DNA of 63,932 nt, counting the filler, from Octopus bimaculoides (taxonomy: Eukaryota), in assembly GCF_001194135.2 (NCBI RefSeq). It is 5 parts of 5 records of this genome, joined end to end, with 100 filler letters (N's around TTAATTAATTAA, not from the genome) between each part and the next. Parts side by side here need not be neighbours in the genome. Positions count along the whole stretch, not along the records: positions 1 to 30,880 come from NC_069005.1; positions 30,981 to 51,748 come from NC_068982.1; 3 more parts are not named here. The stretch is one strand, 5' to 3'. The notes below the pieces were generated by a model. It searched no databases. It was not told the DNA's origin and was given only the letters and a program-made list of their open reading frames with translations. This document shows positions 27,001 through 39,797 of the stretch, one piece after another. A program made the translations under genes and the position numbers. Numbering within the stretch: the first letter of the stretch is position 1; each line of letters opens with the position of its first letter.

Positions 27001-28187
27001 AAATCCGAGGACAATTTATGAACAGATTCTATCAGAACTCTGTGAAATCTGGAGGAATTCAAATGAGAACTTAATGTTTTCCGGTTCTGTTTGACGCCCA
27101 CCTCGAAACACTCGGAATTCTTCATTGCAAATAAGTGGCATCATGCCAGAGTAAGACTATATTCTTATTTCTATATGGAATAATGGTTAATATTCATTCC
27201 CAACGCAGGAACAAACTTTTTTTGTGGCAAACCTACAGACTATCATACCTCCTCTCGTATATGACGGGGACTTTACGTGTGGGGGGAGGGGTAGCGGATC
27301 GCGGAAGAATGAGAAGCAAAGTCTATTTAGGCGTGATTCAAATTGGGAGAAGGCAATTGCTCTCAGACCTCTACATCCACCCGCTGATGTGTGCAACAGG
27401 GTGTATTCTATTAACCGTACCCCGCCAAAGACCAGATGGTGCTGTTTAAAAGAAATGGTCTAAAAATATCAAGTTTTCTTTTAAACTAAAGAATTTAGAT
27501 GGTTCTAAGTGATATGTTCCTCAAGAGAATTACCAATACATGTATACACACGCGCTCATACACACACATATATACACACACAAATGCATATACACATACA
27601 TACATATATGTGTTAACATACATACACTGAAACGGGTACATATATACATATATATAAATATGTATGTGTGCATGTGTGTTTATATATATGCATGCAAACA
27701 CACACACACACGTGTGTATGTATGTATGTATGTATGTGTGTATACGGTAGAATTGCCTTTCCCGTGTCTTTCACATTCCTCACATCCAACAGTCAAATCC
27801 CCGTTGGCTCCAACTTCTTCTGACCTCTTCGTTTTTGAAAAGCAAAATGTTGGCACATTCTTCAGTTTCTGCCGACGCTTTTCTTGGACGATTATCTTGC
27901 TGAAACAATCTCTATAAATAATTTCCATATATCTTCTAAAATGAAATCTGGTTTTCTTTTTTTTTTCTTCTTCAAAGAAGTCATTAACACCTGGTATTCG
28001 TTATTAATGGAGAAGTTCGTCTTCATTTAGTTTAAACCTTTTATCTCTTTCTACTCACACGCATGCATCGATATGCATACGTGAAAGAAATGCTCACGCC
28101 TCAACTATGCAAACCTGTATGCATCTATGCACATGAGTGCACCAACATAAACGTGCGTGTGTGCACAAACACGCACATATCCTTAAT

Positions 28188-28325
28188 CTTTTTGCTTGTT
28201 TTAGTCATTGGATTGCCACCATGCTGGAGCACAGCATTTAAGGGATTTAGTCAAACCTAACAATTCCAGTAGATTTCGTTGTCGCTAGGGTACGAAAACG
28301 TAAACAAACGAACACCGATTGTCTA
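28188..28325 (-). mobile_element. SINE family A, diverged 3' part
   Basis: ccatgctggagcac and acgtaaacaaac..accgattgtc blocks. Confidence 0.6.
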
Positions 28326-29205
28326 TTACGGAGGGATCAAACACAGCACAAGGAAAAAGACGCTGCGATGACCGTGTCAAATGTAGGTGAAGGTGGTGGA
28401 AGAGTGTCCGCTTTACTCTGTATTATTATAAAGGAAATGCTTGTCAAAGTGAACATCATGAGTGGAACGCGAACCTGAAACCCCTGTCTCCCTGAAGACA
28501 CAAACATCTCAACCACACACCCTCATACCTGGATTCCATCAATTCCATTTACGACCAGCCAATAGAATTAGGACGTATTCTACACCGTGTTATGTCATTT
28601 CACATAATACTTTCAAATAAATATTTTATAATACCAATGGCAATGGCGTAGTGTTGCTATGGTTTTATTTCTTTGGAGTTTTTTTGTTTTTGGTTTTCTT
28701 TTAATTCCTTGTATTACCTGTATATATATCGAACGCAACGAGTACTACAGCTACCCCCTCTCATTTTCCCCTCCCACTTGTTCATTTCGTTCCTCTGACT
28801 TAATAAAAGATTGTTTTCCTGTAACGCCTGCCTCAATATATAAAGATTCGTAACCTTTGTTTTTTTCATTCTCTTTTTACATATAAGCTAGGAACATATA
28901 AGCTAGGAACACATTGCTAACGTTTTACGTGGTTCCCGCATGTATTTTGTTTTTTGTTTTTTTGGCAGGTATATTTTGTTTCATACTGTTCATTCTTGTA
29001 TTTTGTCTTGTCCTTTTTCGTCATCATTGTAATTATTGTCATCATATGCCGTCGTCATCATCATCATCATCTTTATCATCATTTATCGACTGCATCTCCC
29101 GTTTGCGTCGGATGTATTGAAGGCCGCGCTGGGTAATCTCATTAATTATAGAGAATTATGTGACTTTGGCTCCTTGTTCCGCACACAGGAATACTGACAT
29201 AATAG

Positions 29206-29238
<33 letters not shown>

Positions 29239-29244
29239 AAATAG

Positions 29245-29322
<78 letters not shown>

Positions 29323-29797
29323 ATATATATATATGTATGTATATATATAAATATATGTATATATATATATATGTATGTATATATATAAATATATGTATGT
29401 ATAAATATNNNNNNNNNNNNNNNNNNNNNNNNNNNNNNNNNNNNNNNNNNNNNNNNNNNNNNNNNNNNNNNNNNNNNNNNNNNNNNNNNNNNNNNNNNNN
29501 NNNNNNNNNNNNNNNNNNNNNNNNNNNNNNNNNNNNNNNNNNNNNNNNNNNNNNNNNNNNNNNNNNNNNNNNNNNNNNNNNNNNNNNNNNNNNNNNNNNN
29601 NNNNNNNNNNNNNNNNNNNNNNNNNNNNNNNNNNNNNNNNNNNNNNNNNNNNNNNNNNNNNNNNNNNNNNNNNNNNNNNNNNNNNNNNNNNNNNNNNNNN
29701 NNNNNNNNNNNNNNNNNNNNNNNNNNNNNNNNNNNNNNNNNNNNNNNNNNNNNNNNNNNNNNNNNNNNNNNNNNNNNNNNNNNNNNNNNNNNNNNNN

Positions 29798-29912
29798 ACT
29801 CACAAGGCTTTGGTCGGCCCGAGGCTATAGTAGAAGACACTTGCCTAAGGTGCCACGCAGTGGGACTGAACCCGGAACCTTGTGGCTGGTAAGCAAGCTA
29901 CTTACCACACAG

Positions 29913-29913
<1 letters not shown>
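29798..29913 (-). mobile_element. SINE family A, young 5' half
   Basis: Near-identical reverse complement of about 59795-59910. Confidence 0.9.
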
Positions 29914-29951
<38 letters not shown>

Positions 29952-30454
29952 ATGAGGGAGATATCAAATTCACCGCACCTTGTTCCTTCCAATTCCATAA
30001 AATAAATCGTAATAGTCTTTCCTATTCTCTCTCTCCGCTTTTTCCTTTTCCGTCTCTCTATAGCTCTGTGACTCTTTATCAATTTCCTTCCCTTTAATCC
30101 CTCCCGTTGCTACTGTTTTTATCCTTTCCTTCCATCCCTTTATTACGTCACACAGTTGCGCATGTTACATCAGCCACCATCTTGACATGTTCACTACTTC
30201 CATCAGCGGTGTGGCCTCAATCCTCCTCTTAAATATTCCGTCCACCATCTCTCATTCATCTCGTCTGAATTCAATCACAAACAACATAAACCCTGCCTCA
30301 AGACTCCATTTATTATCGGACAATTCGGTCAAACCATTCCTTTCAACCAATTTACTTTTGTTTCGCTCTTTATTTATTTTCTGTCGCAAATAGCACAAAT
30401 CCAATACTATACCTGCCTGTTCAACATGAATACATATGTGTATGTGCGCGTGAA

Positions 30455-30667
30455 TATATATAGATACATAAATATATATACATACATACATATATATATA
30501 AATATACACATACATATACATATATATATACACATACATATACATACATATATATATATATACATACATATACATATATATATATATACATATACATACA
30601 TATATATATATATACATACATATACATACATATATATATATACACACATATATATACATACATATAC

Positions 30668-30698
<31 letters not shown>

Positions 30699-30759
30699 CA
30701 CATACATATACATACATACATATACATACATATATATATACATACATATACATACATAC

Positions 30760-30816
<57 letters not shown>

Positions 30817-30880
30817 CATACATATATATACATACATATACATACATATATATATATACATACATATACATACATATATA
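30455..30880. repeat. Compound (CATA)/(TA) repeat, about 430 bp
   Basis: Direct. Confidence 0.95.
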
Positions 30881-30980
30881 NNNNNNNNNNNNNNNNNNNN
30901 NNNNNNNNNNNNNNNNNNNNNNNNTTAATTAATTAANNNNNNNNNNNNNNNNNNNNNNNNNNNNNNNNNNNNNNNNNNNN
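30881..30980. other. Artificial scaffold spacer (44 N + TTAATTAATTAA + 44 N); repeated at 51749-51848, 59663-59762 and 61739-61838
   Basis: Identical 100-nt architecture four times; the 12-mer gives stops in all six frames. Confidence 0.9.
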
Positions 30981-32639
30981 TATATATATATATATATACA
31001 GAGAGAGAGCGAGAGCAAGAAGAAATCTAGATACAAATATGCACACATACCTTGATTGAGAGTGCCGGATAAAACTAACGACGGGGCTCCAGCGTGGTCG
31101 CAGCTCCCCTGCTGACACCAGTAGAGAATAAAAGAACATTACAACGTGGATTCTTTAGAATTCTGGTCATTTAATGGATATATAGTTATGAAAGTAACGT
31201 GTTTTAGTGCAGAAGACCAGACTCCTTGAATGTATCTGACTTAGTTCTTAGAATCAGGTAAACCAGGTTTCACGGAAATTAATAGACATGAACGGTCTGA
31301 CACACAAAAAGTGAGAGATCGAGTGAGACAGAGAGAGAGTGTGTGTGTGTGTGTGTGTGATTGCGTGTGCTCGCGCGCACGTACGTACGTATCTGAACTT
31401 TTATGCTTGTACTTTCGAGCATGTGTTTAGGATTAAAGTAGTTCTCTAAGTGTTTCAGCAATCTATAAAACGTATCCATAGCAACAGTTATGCTCATCAC
31501 GATCCTTTTTTTCTTCTTTTTCTGCTGAATATCATATAGTACTCCAATTTATATTGATGATTGGTCTTTTAGAGTTTTTTTTCTTCTTGACTTTTGAGTG
31601 AAAAGTATGCAATAATAAGAGGTGAGGAAATAAAATCACGAAAAAAAAGTTTTGCGTAAAAGTTTCTCTCGAAAGAGAAATGGAAAATGTAGTTGAGGTA
31701 CCTGTTAACCACTCGACAAGAATATAGTTAGCATAATAGTGATTTTAAACGCGAATTGGATATAAAAATAATTCATTTTGGCTTTTAATGGTTTTTCCTC
31801 GTCGATTCTAAGGACATCAAGCAAGAGCAATTGCGTAGTAAAATTGGAAGAAACAACTGAGAACGAAAGTGTTATTTCTATGAGTAACTAAGGTGTAAGT
31901 TATGTTGATTGGGCAGCTATTAGTTGATTGCACTGGCTTGATGACTCCTTTGATGGTTCCAGGAATCTAGTCAAGCAAAATGAAACTGTTTTTCGTGACC
32001 AAAACGGTGTTAAAAGCAAATATACTCGCTCGATTATTTGATGGATGTTGTGAATATAATTTTTTTTATTCACTTCGATCATTGATAACTCCCAATTCAA
32101 TAATGTGTTCTTTGTTTCGTTCACAACGCCTAATGGATAGTCATGCGAGTTAATCTACCAGAAGAGTTTAAAACATACATAGAAAATCAATATAATGAAA
32201 ACTGTGTAAATAAATATTGTCTGAGAGAAATCTCCCTGAAGCTATTATTGGATTTTAAAAATTCGTGTAAGAAACTCGCGCCTACTTAATCTTCCGAAAT
32301 AACAAATGTATTTCTTTCTGGACGTAAGAAGGTGGCATGTGAATGAAGCGACGTACCACCATTGTGAGCATGGTTTGATTTATACAATGTTATATATCAA
32401 AGCAATATAGTTTCACTTACGTCGGATACAGACACGTTGGCATACAGAACTAATCATTCTTCTGGATAATAAATGCTATCCCCTATAATTCTTAACATTA
32501 CTCCAAGCTTGGTAAAAAGAAATGGTTATCTCCTTCGAGTAAATGCAAAGAAACAACCGTTTTTTAAAAAAGATCGTTGCAGTAGTCAAACAGTGAAATA
32601 TATACCCCATGGAAAATTACCACACACACACCATGACAA

Positions 32640-32785
32640 CGAAAGAGTCGGGAATCAGCTATCGCAAATTGCGAAACTATCGAGAAAAATTCCAGTGGAC
32701 TTTCGAACTGAACCAAGATCTATATAATTTCTACCGAATGAGTAGGGGAGATCCACCGGCGGGATACATGAAAATACTTAAACAC
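32640..32785 (+). mobile_element. Possible N-terminal fragment of an R4/NeSL-like non-LTR element ORF
   Basis: KFQWTFELNQDLYNFYRMSRGDPPAGYMKILK resembles the recalled W T.E.N.DL..CY......GYM motif at the start of RLE-clade ORFs. Short match, from memory only. Confidence 0.35.
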
Positions 32786-34302
32786 AGACACACAATCATA
32801 TACACACACATATACTGTGTAACAACTCAAGAGAAAGAGCGCAAATAATAAATAACCAAATATACAATATACACCTAATTAATCCCCAAAGCAAATCCTA
32901 AATTTTCAGTTGAAAACTTTTAGTCACCACAGGTTGGACAGTGAAGGTATTTCTGCGTGGCATTGTAGTATTTACAATACAAGAAGCCAGTTAATAGGTC
33001 AGGTCCACTTAATTTTTTTGATGGCAACTCTTGTTAGCAAGTCTGTCACATGGCCGTAATACATTGGGGAACTTTTATGTCCCCCAAGATAAAGAAGTAA
33101 GTCTGAAACCACATATTTCCGGTGTGATTTAGAATACAGCTGTACAGGAAGCGAACTAACGATATGTGTATTCAACCACCATTATACCTTGAAGGTGGTT
33201 ATTGTTCTTGTTAAATCACTCCAGAAGAAAGAACCCTTATACGTTTTGTAACACAATATGAAGCTCTTTCGATCTACAATTTGCTGCCGAGTATCCATCT
33301 ATTTTGTTTTGATCTTCGCCAACGCATCTCTTCACGCAAGAGAGCATTCTAAGTAGTATGGTAGCTGTATATGCATCAGTAGCCAGAATCGATGTACGAA
33401 GAATACTTCTCCATTGAAATCATCTTAATACATCTCTATCTCTAACTTACTCGTTCATATTGCTACATGAATATCTTTACGCGACAAACTCTGAATATAC
33501 TCTTCAGAAGGTCGAATGGCAAATACAAGGGGAAAAGTAATATTCACGCCAGTAATAGTATCAGCAGTTAAATAAAGAGTGAGGCGATGAGGAAAGGAAA
33601 CATTATTATAGGAGACATAGAAAGTGGGGGCAAAAAGAGAGAATACGAAAGCAAGAGAAGTATGTTTGCTGAGTAAAGGAAAGCAAAATTTTCAGAGAGG
33701 ACGTAGGTGAGGAAGTAAGGCAGAAGAAAACAACTAAAAGGGTGGGCGAGTGTTGTATAAGAAGAGATAGTGATGAATTGCGTATAAAACAGGACAATGA
33801 AAGGGAAGAAAGACAGAAAATAAAAAGAGAAAAAGAAAAGGAGGAAAGAAGAATAGATGAAAGAGCCTGGCAGTCGGCATTAAATGTCTGATCTTTTACA
33901 AAGAAAGCTTGAAAAATTAGGAAATGCAAAAGGTTAAGGGTTAGGGTTAGGGATAAAAGAAAGCCATCCTCCTTCTACTACAACAAAATTTCCTCTATTC
34001 GTCGCATCACTATTTCTTTATCTAATTTCTCGTATCGGGAATATTATTATTCCTCTCGACGTATTTGCCAGTCAGCCATCTGAGGACAATTTCAAATGTT
34101 TGTCGCGTGACAGTCCGAACCCATTCATGCGTGTTTACTTGCTTTTATGGATCATTGCATCATAATGTGCCCCTGCTTGCATAATATACATCATAATTCC
34201 AACCATTCCCGGAACGTATGAAACAACTTTTATAAGTCTATAATGTAACATCTCATAAATGCATTCCTCACACCGAAACTTGTTTGTTCCTGTTTCTTCT
34301 TG

Positions 34303-34353
<51 letters not shown>

Positions 34354-34358
34354 TACAC

Positions 34359-34677
34359 TTGTGTCTGGGGAAAGTCATTCTCTTTTAATGCCTTATAGTT
34401 TAACACGCTCACCGGTAAAATTCCCACTTATTTCTTTTTTATTTTTCTAAAATTTTCGTTGCGTCTTGCAACCTCTTCAACTCAAAACTATTGTAAAGGT
34501 TGCAAGACGCAAGGAAAATTTTAGGAAAATAAAAAGAAATAAGTGGGAATTTTACCGGTGAGTGTGTTAAACTATAATGCACTAAAAGAGAATGACTCTC
34601 CCCAGACACAACAGAATATGCTTCAACACACGAACTCGTATAAAAAATCTTGCAAACCAAATCCCAAAACGAAATAT
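34359..34677 (+). mobile_element. Foldback element: about 115-bp inverted arms (34359-34474 / 34497-34611) plus a one-sided tail
   Basis: Arms are near-perfect reverse complements around a 22-nt loop. The tail 34612-34677 recurs at 54795-54849 (+) and 25958-26046 (-). Confidence 0.85.
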
Positions 34678-34734
34678 GTGTATGTGTGCGCGCGCGCATG
34701 TATGTAAGTATAACAAAGCAAAGAGTTGGAAAAT

Positions 34735-34943
34735 AATATACTGGTTTCAAATTCGTGCACAAAGCCAGCACGTCCGAGGCAGGGTGTAATTCGACTAGTG
34801 CACGACTGGTACTTATCTTATCAACCCTGAAAGGATGAAAGGCAAAGTTGACCTCGGCGGAATTTGAACTCACAACGAGAGGACGGACGAAATGGTGCTA
34901 AGCGTTTTGTCCGACGTGCTAACGATTCTGCCGGCTTACTGCC
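34735..34943 (-). mobile_element. SINE family B
   Basis: aaaggatgaaaggcaaagttgacctcggcggaatttgaactc. Confidence 0.9.
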
Positions 34944-34974
34944 TTAGTATTTGCTAATATCCCTCTGATTGAGT

Positions 34975-35175
34975 GGGCGATGGATTGGCAGAATCATTAG
35001 CCCACAGGACGAAATGCTTAGCGGCATTTCGTCCGCCCTTATCTTCTGAGTTCAAATTCCGCCGAGGTCAACTTCCCCTTTTGGAGTAGATAAAATAAAT
35101 CTCAGTTGAGCACTGAGGTCGATGTAATCGACTCATCCCCTCCCCCGAACTTGCTAGCCTTGTGCCAATATTAAT
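34975..35175 (+). mobile_element. SINE family B, head-to-head with the previous copy
   Basis: ttggcagaatcattag...gagttcaaattccgccgaggtcaac. Confidence 0.9.
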
Positions 35176-35704
35176 AAATATTTAATATTGTATGAAGTGA
35201 TATTTCGAAGGAATATATTTCCCCAGTAGATATTTGTTGAGTATTTCATTAGACTGGTTTCTGGAAATTCCTGACTTCTGTTTGCTGATATATACGACAT
35301 TCTGTTATTTAAACTAAGACTAAGTTTATGTTAGCAAAAGACAAAAACAGAAAATAAGAGAATCTGATTCATGAGGCTGTCACTGAGGTTAATACAGTTC
35401 TTCATTTATTATTTGCTTTCAATTGATTATATAGTTGTTAAAACCGATTCTTGGTTTGACAAATTCATAAATCGCCTTCGTACGTTATGTAAAGCACTTC
35501 ATTTTGACATGATTATTGTACGTTTGATAATTTCTCCAACTTCATAGAATAAATTAAATTTCTCTAAGCCACTTGGATCTCTGATGATTTATGCCTACAT
35601 TCAAGATGCAAATATTAAAACACACTGCTTTCACGTGACTAAAGTAGGAATGTTTGTCATTAAAATTATTAATTGGTTTTTTAAATTAACATTGAGACGA
35701 TAAA

Positions 35705-36107
35705 AAGGCGGCGAGCTGGCAGAAACGTTAGCACGCGGGTGAAATGCTTAGCGGTATTTCGTCTGCTGTTACGTTCTGAGTTCAAATTCGGGGTCGATTA
35801 AATAAGTACCTGTTTCGCACTGGGGTCGATATAATCGACTTAATCCGTTTATCTGTCCTTGTTTGTCCCCTCTGTGTGTAGCCCCTTGTGGGCAATAAAG
35901 AAATAAGAAACGTTAGAACGCCGGGTTAAATGCTCAGCGGTATTTCGTCTGTCTTTATGTTCTGAGTTCAAATTCCGCCAAGGTCGACTTTGCCTTTTAT
36001 CCTTTCGAGGTCGATAAATTAAGTATCAGTTGCGTACTGGGGTCGATCTAATCGAATGGTCCCCTCCCCACAAATTTCGGGCCTTGTGCCTAGAGTAGAA
36101 AAAATAT
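35705..36107 (+). mobile_element. Two tandem copies of tRNA-derived SINE family B
   Basis: Head GGCGAGCTGGCAGAAACGTTAG, B box GAGTTCAAATTCC, central GTCGACTTTGCCTTT(C)ATCCTTTCGAGGTCGATAAA domain. The second copy starts at about 35905. Confidence 0.9.
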
Positions 36108-36709
36108 TAAGACAATGAATAATAGTTGGAGCTAGTGCTGGATATTCTAGAAACTATGTTAATTTAACATTAAATGTTACACAATTAAAGAGTCTTGTTT
36201 TCTTATAAGAATTGGTCCTCAACTTTAAGCTTCTGTTTCTAAGGAACATATTTTACTGCACTTTGAATGTTAATACGTATTTTACACGAAACAACTTATT
36301 CGCAATTATATAAATCATCCAGAATGACGTAAATATTTAAATATATTTTCATACTTGCGACGATTGTGTTGGATTGTGCTGTAATCTCGGGCACGTATAC
36401 GCCATGGAAATCGGATAACTGGCCCTATGAATCCTAAAAGACAATAATGTCCAGCGGCTGATGATGGTGATGATGACAATGATGATGATGATGATGTATT
36501 TTCAAATATTAAAATTGGAATCATAAATTCTTTATACACAATATGATATGATGGGTTGTAATAAACTAGACATACTAAGAAAATTATATCTTGTGACTGG
36601 GGTTAGGTAGTGTAAAACTGGAGAAGCAGAGACATATGTAAGTATACCACACATGTAAGTATATCAATACATACATACATACATACATACATACATACAT
36701 ACATAGCTT

Positions 36710-37185
36710 CTGTGCAGCAGATAAGCTACTGGGAAAGACCCAAGAGATTGAGATTCTATTCCCTAGAGCGTAGGCGGGAAAGATATGCCATAACTTCTCC
36801 CAAACTTTGGCATCGGGAGTTACAATGATGCTAGAACACGGCGCCACTGCATAGTACAAAAGACTCCAACTTTGCCATCAAGATATTGCAACAGCCTGGG
36901 CTTTAAAGACCTGTAGCTCTTCAATATCCTCCCGAAGGTCAGAGAGACCTACACGGGGTGGATGTAGGTGTCTTCAAAACTAAACTAGACCTCTTACTGC
37001 CAAGTGTCCCAGATGAACCAGCTTCACAACAGGAAATGCAGATGAGGGTAGCGGCATCAAACTCCCTCGTGCAGCAAACATCAATTTCTAAACAGAATTA
37101 GTGAAGTAAAATTATGTAGCAACACCAAATGGCGGTGCCCCAGCATGGCCACGGCTCATGAGCTGAAGCTAGATCAAATCAAATC
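36710..37185 (+). mobile_element. 3' fragment of a CR1/L2-group LINE (RT C-terminus plus 3' UTR), frameshifted
   Basis: SYWERPKRLRFYSLERRRERYAI; YCNSLGFK; LFNILP; LHGVDVGVFKTKLDLLL..VPDEP; AASNSL. Ends in a short (ATCAA)n tail. Confidence 0.75.
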
Positions 37186-39710
37186 ATATATATACATACA
37201 CACACTTATATGTATACATACATACATATATGTATATATTTATGCACATATANNNNNNNNNNNNNNNNNNNNNNNNNNNNNNNNNNNNNNNNNNNNNNNN
37301 NNNNNNNNNNNNNNNNNNNNNNNNNNNNNNNNNNNNNNNNNNNNNNNNNNNNNNNNNNNNNNNNNNNNNNNNNNNNNNNNNNNNNNNNNNNNNNNNNNNN
37401 NNNNNNNNNNNNNNNNNNNNNNNNNNNNNNNNNNNNNNNNNNNNNNNNNNNNNNNNNNNNNNNNNNNNNNNNNNNNNNNNNNNNNNNNNNNNNNNNNNNN
37501 NNNNNNNNNNNNNNNNNNNNNNNNNNNNNNNNNNNNNNNNNNNNNNNNNNNNNNNNNNNNNNNNNNNNNNNNNNNNNNNNNNNNNNNNNNNNNNNNNNNN
37601 NNNNNNNNNNNNNNNNNNNNNNNNNNNNNNNNNNNNNNNNNNNNNNNNNNNNNNNNNNNNNNNNNNNNNNNNNNNNNNNNNNNNNNNNNNNNNNNNNNNN
37701 NNNNNNNNNNNNNNNNNNNNNNNNNNNNNNNNNNNNNNNNNNAGAATCCGATGAAATAGAAATGGAGAAATAACTTCATTTTAATCTCTGTTCTGTCTTT
37801 GAGACACAATACACATCTTTTTTTTTGTTTTCTTTTAAAACTCGCATTTTTGTTTACATTTCGTAATGAATTGCTTTCTGTACAATACATATCGGTGCTT
37901 CTTCTTTTCCATAGTTCTACCAAAGTGTTTACCTTGTCAGCTTTCCCGCTAATAACTTGAAAATGGTTTTCTTTAGTCAAAACTCAGGCATGCATCCTGC
38001 TGCAAAACCATGGGGTATATTTTAATGCTCATTTTGCCATCCACTCAATAACACAGAAGTTCGATGATATGTTTCGTCGGAAAACCTTTGTTGGCAATGA
38101 CAATTTCTTGCATCAAACTCATTCAGTACAATTCTGCAGGTATCTGTCTGTACGGTGTAGGCCATTGCTTCTCCCGAAAACTTTGCTGCTATTTAGTCGG
38201 CACTCTACTAGCCTCTATTTTACTTCTTTTTCAAAATTTTCATTTAAAAAAGTTATAGAAATCAGAAAACATAAAACTCCTAAATAAATTTGAAATTAAA
38301 AGGATAACTTATTATTATTGCACAGTTCAACCATATATATTGTATATTATTATTGTAAAAATTCCTTGCCTGCATTGTGAGAGCTGCAATGATATTGTGC
38401 TATTGCATTTGACAGAAGGTTTTCAAGCGAGAATAATATATCTATAAAAGCAAAACGTGTATAGTTATTACAAACAATATGAGTAATTTCGGAATAATAA
38501 ATTTACGCAGGTGTGTGCTTGTGTTTGCTTACACTTGCCTGTGTGTTTGTGTGCGCATATGTGCGCGTTTGTGAATATGTGCATGTGTGTGTGTGTACGC
38601 ATCAGCAACGTTCAAACGTTGTCTTCAACGTTTTTGCATGCCTGTCATCACGTTGTAATTTTTCAGCTACTTCTGAGGCATTTGGTACATATGTTATACT
38701 AAATGTCTGTGTTTCTGTTGTTTTCTTAAACAGCGTTTATTCATCAGACATAGACCTGTTGATATCTTATGTTCTGCTTCAAATTTCTTGAGGCTTGATA
38801 GTTATGTAATAAACTTTGATGTTTTTAAATCACATTCTTTACAATTCTTATATTTGATCTTTCAATTAATATCGCTATCCAATGGTATTTAGTTGCGACA
38901 CTGAATATACTTGAAATACATAAAAACGAAACCATTTCTACAACTTTTGTCTCAGAACATTTATTTTAATTTCTAGCCTCACAAAACTGTCTCAGTTACA
39001 CAGTACTGGGAAAAATAAGAATAAAGGAAAATAACAATTCTTTTGGACGCTTTCGTCACTCATGCATATAAGATTTTGTCTCTATTCACTAATTCTTATG
39101 GTCTAAATTCACTTTTCTTGATTAATTTAAGTTGAATTGAGCATAGTAGTGCAAAGAGGAAATGTTTACCATCCGATTTAATTAAAACTAAATTTCCAAT
39201 TCTAATTGGAGATAACTAACAAATTAAGTTAAATCGATTTTATTAAGATATATAATTAGAAAAATTAATTCATTACATTCTTCCTGATGATTCAATTCTA
39301 AATTAGCATCAAAATGAATTAACCAATACTGCCAAATTATGCACGTGTGTACAAACCGAAATACGTTGGCGAGCAGGATTGTAAGGAGTTAGAAAGTACT
39401 ACAGCAAACAGTACTTTGTCAGCAGTGAATTCGAAACGATTCCAATCTCTACTTTCTCAACTTGTGTAAGAAAACGAAATTTCACAGAGTGTTGCATGAA
39501 TTTTTAAATTTTTATACATTTCGGTCATTTATCTGTGGCTTGGGACATTACATTCAAGCATTTACTTGATTATTCGTCTCCAATATTTATTTCAACCTGG
39601 TATTTAGCTAACGAAAAGCTGCTTGTCAAATCTCGGGGCATAAAGTTTCTTGGCATACATAAATCATTATATACATAAAGACCGACATGGCACAGGTACA
39701 CACACGGGCA

Positions 39711-39711
<1 letters not shown>

Positions 39712-39795
<84 letters not shown>
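39712..39795. repeat. (CA)n microsatellite
   Basis: Direct. Confidence 0.95.

Positions 39796-39797
<2 letters not shown>

Noticed and set aside
30925-30936. Recurrent palindromic TTAATTAATTAA inside gaps (4 times)
   Set aside because: Fixed 44N-12-44N layout shows an assembly linker, not biology.
33680-33890. Charged coiled-coil-like plus frame (DELRIKQDNEREERQKIKREKEKEERR)
   Set aside because: Expected from purine-rich low-complexity DNA; no convincing exon boundaries.
33932-33954. TTAGGG telomere-like units
   Set aside because: Only 2-3 units; too short to call an interstitial telomere.
35705-35790. tRNA-like A and B boxes (here and in other SINE heads)
   Set aside because: No complete cloverleaf; each continues into a dispersed SINE body, so these are not tRNA genes.
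37978-38139. Plus frame with ILLQNHGVYF (class II aldolase-like) and KFDDMFRRKTFV (tubulin-like)
   Set aside because: Two incompatible short resemblances with wrong spacing or following residues; likely chance or a decayed transposon.
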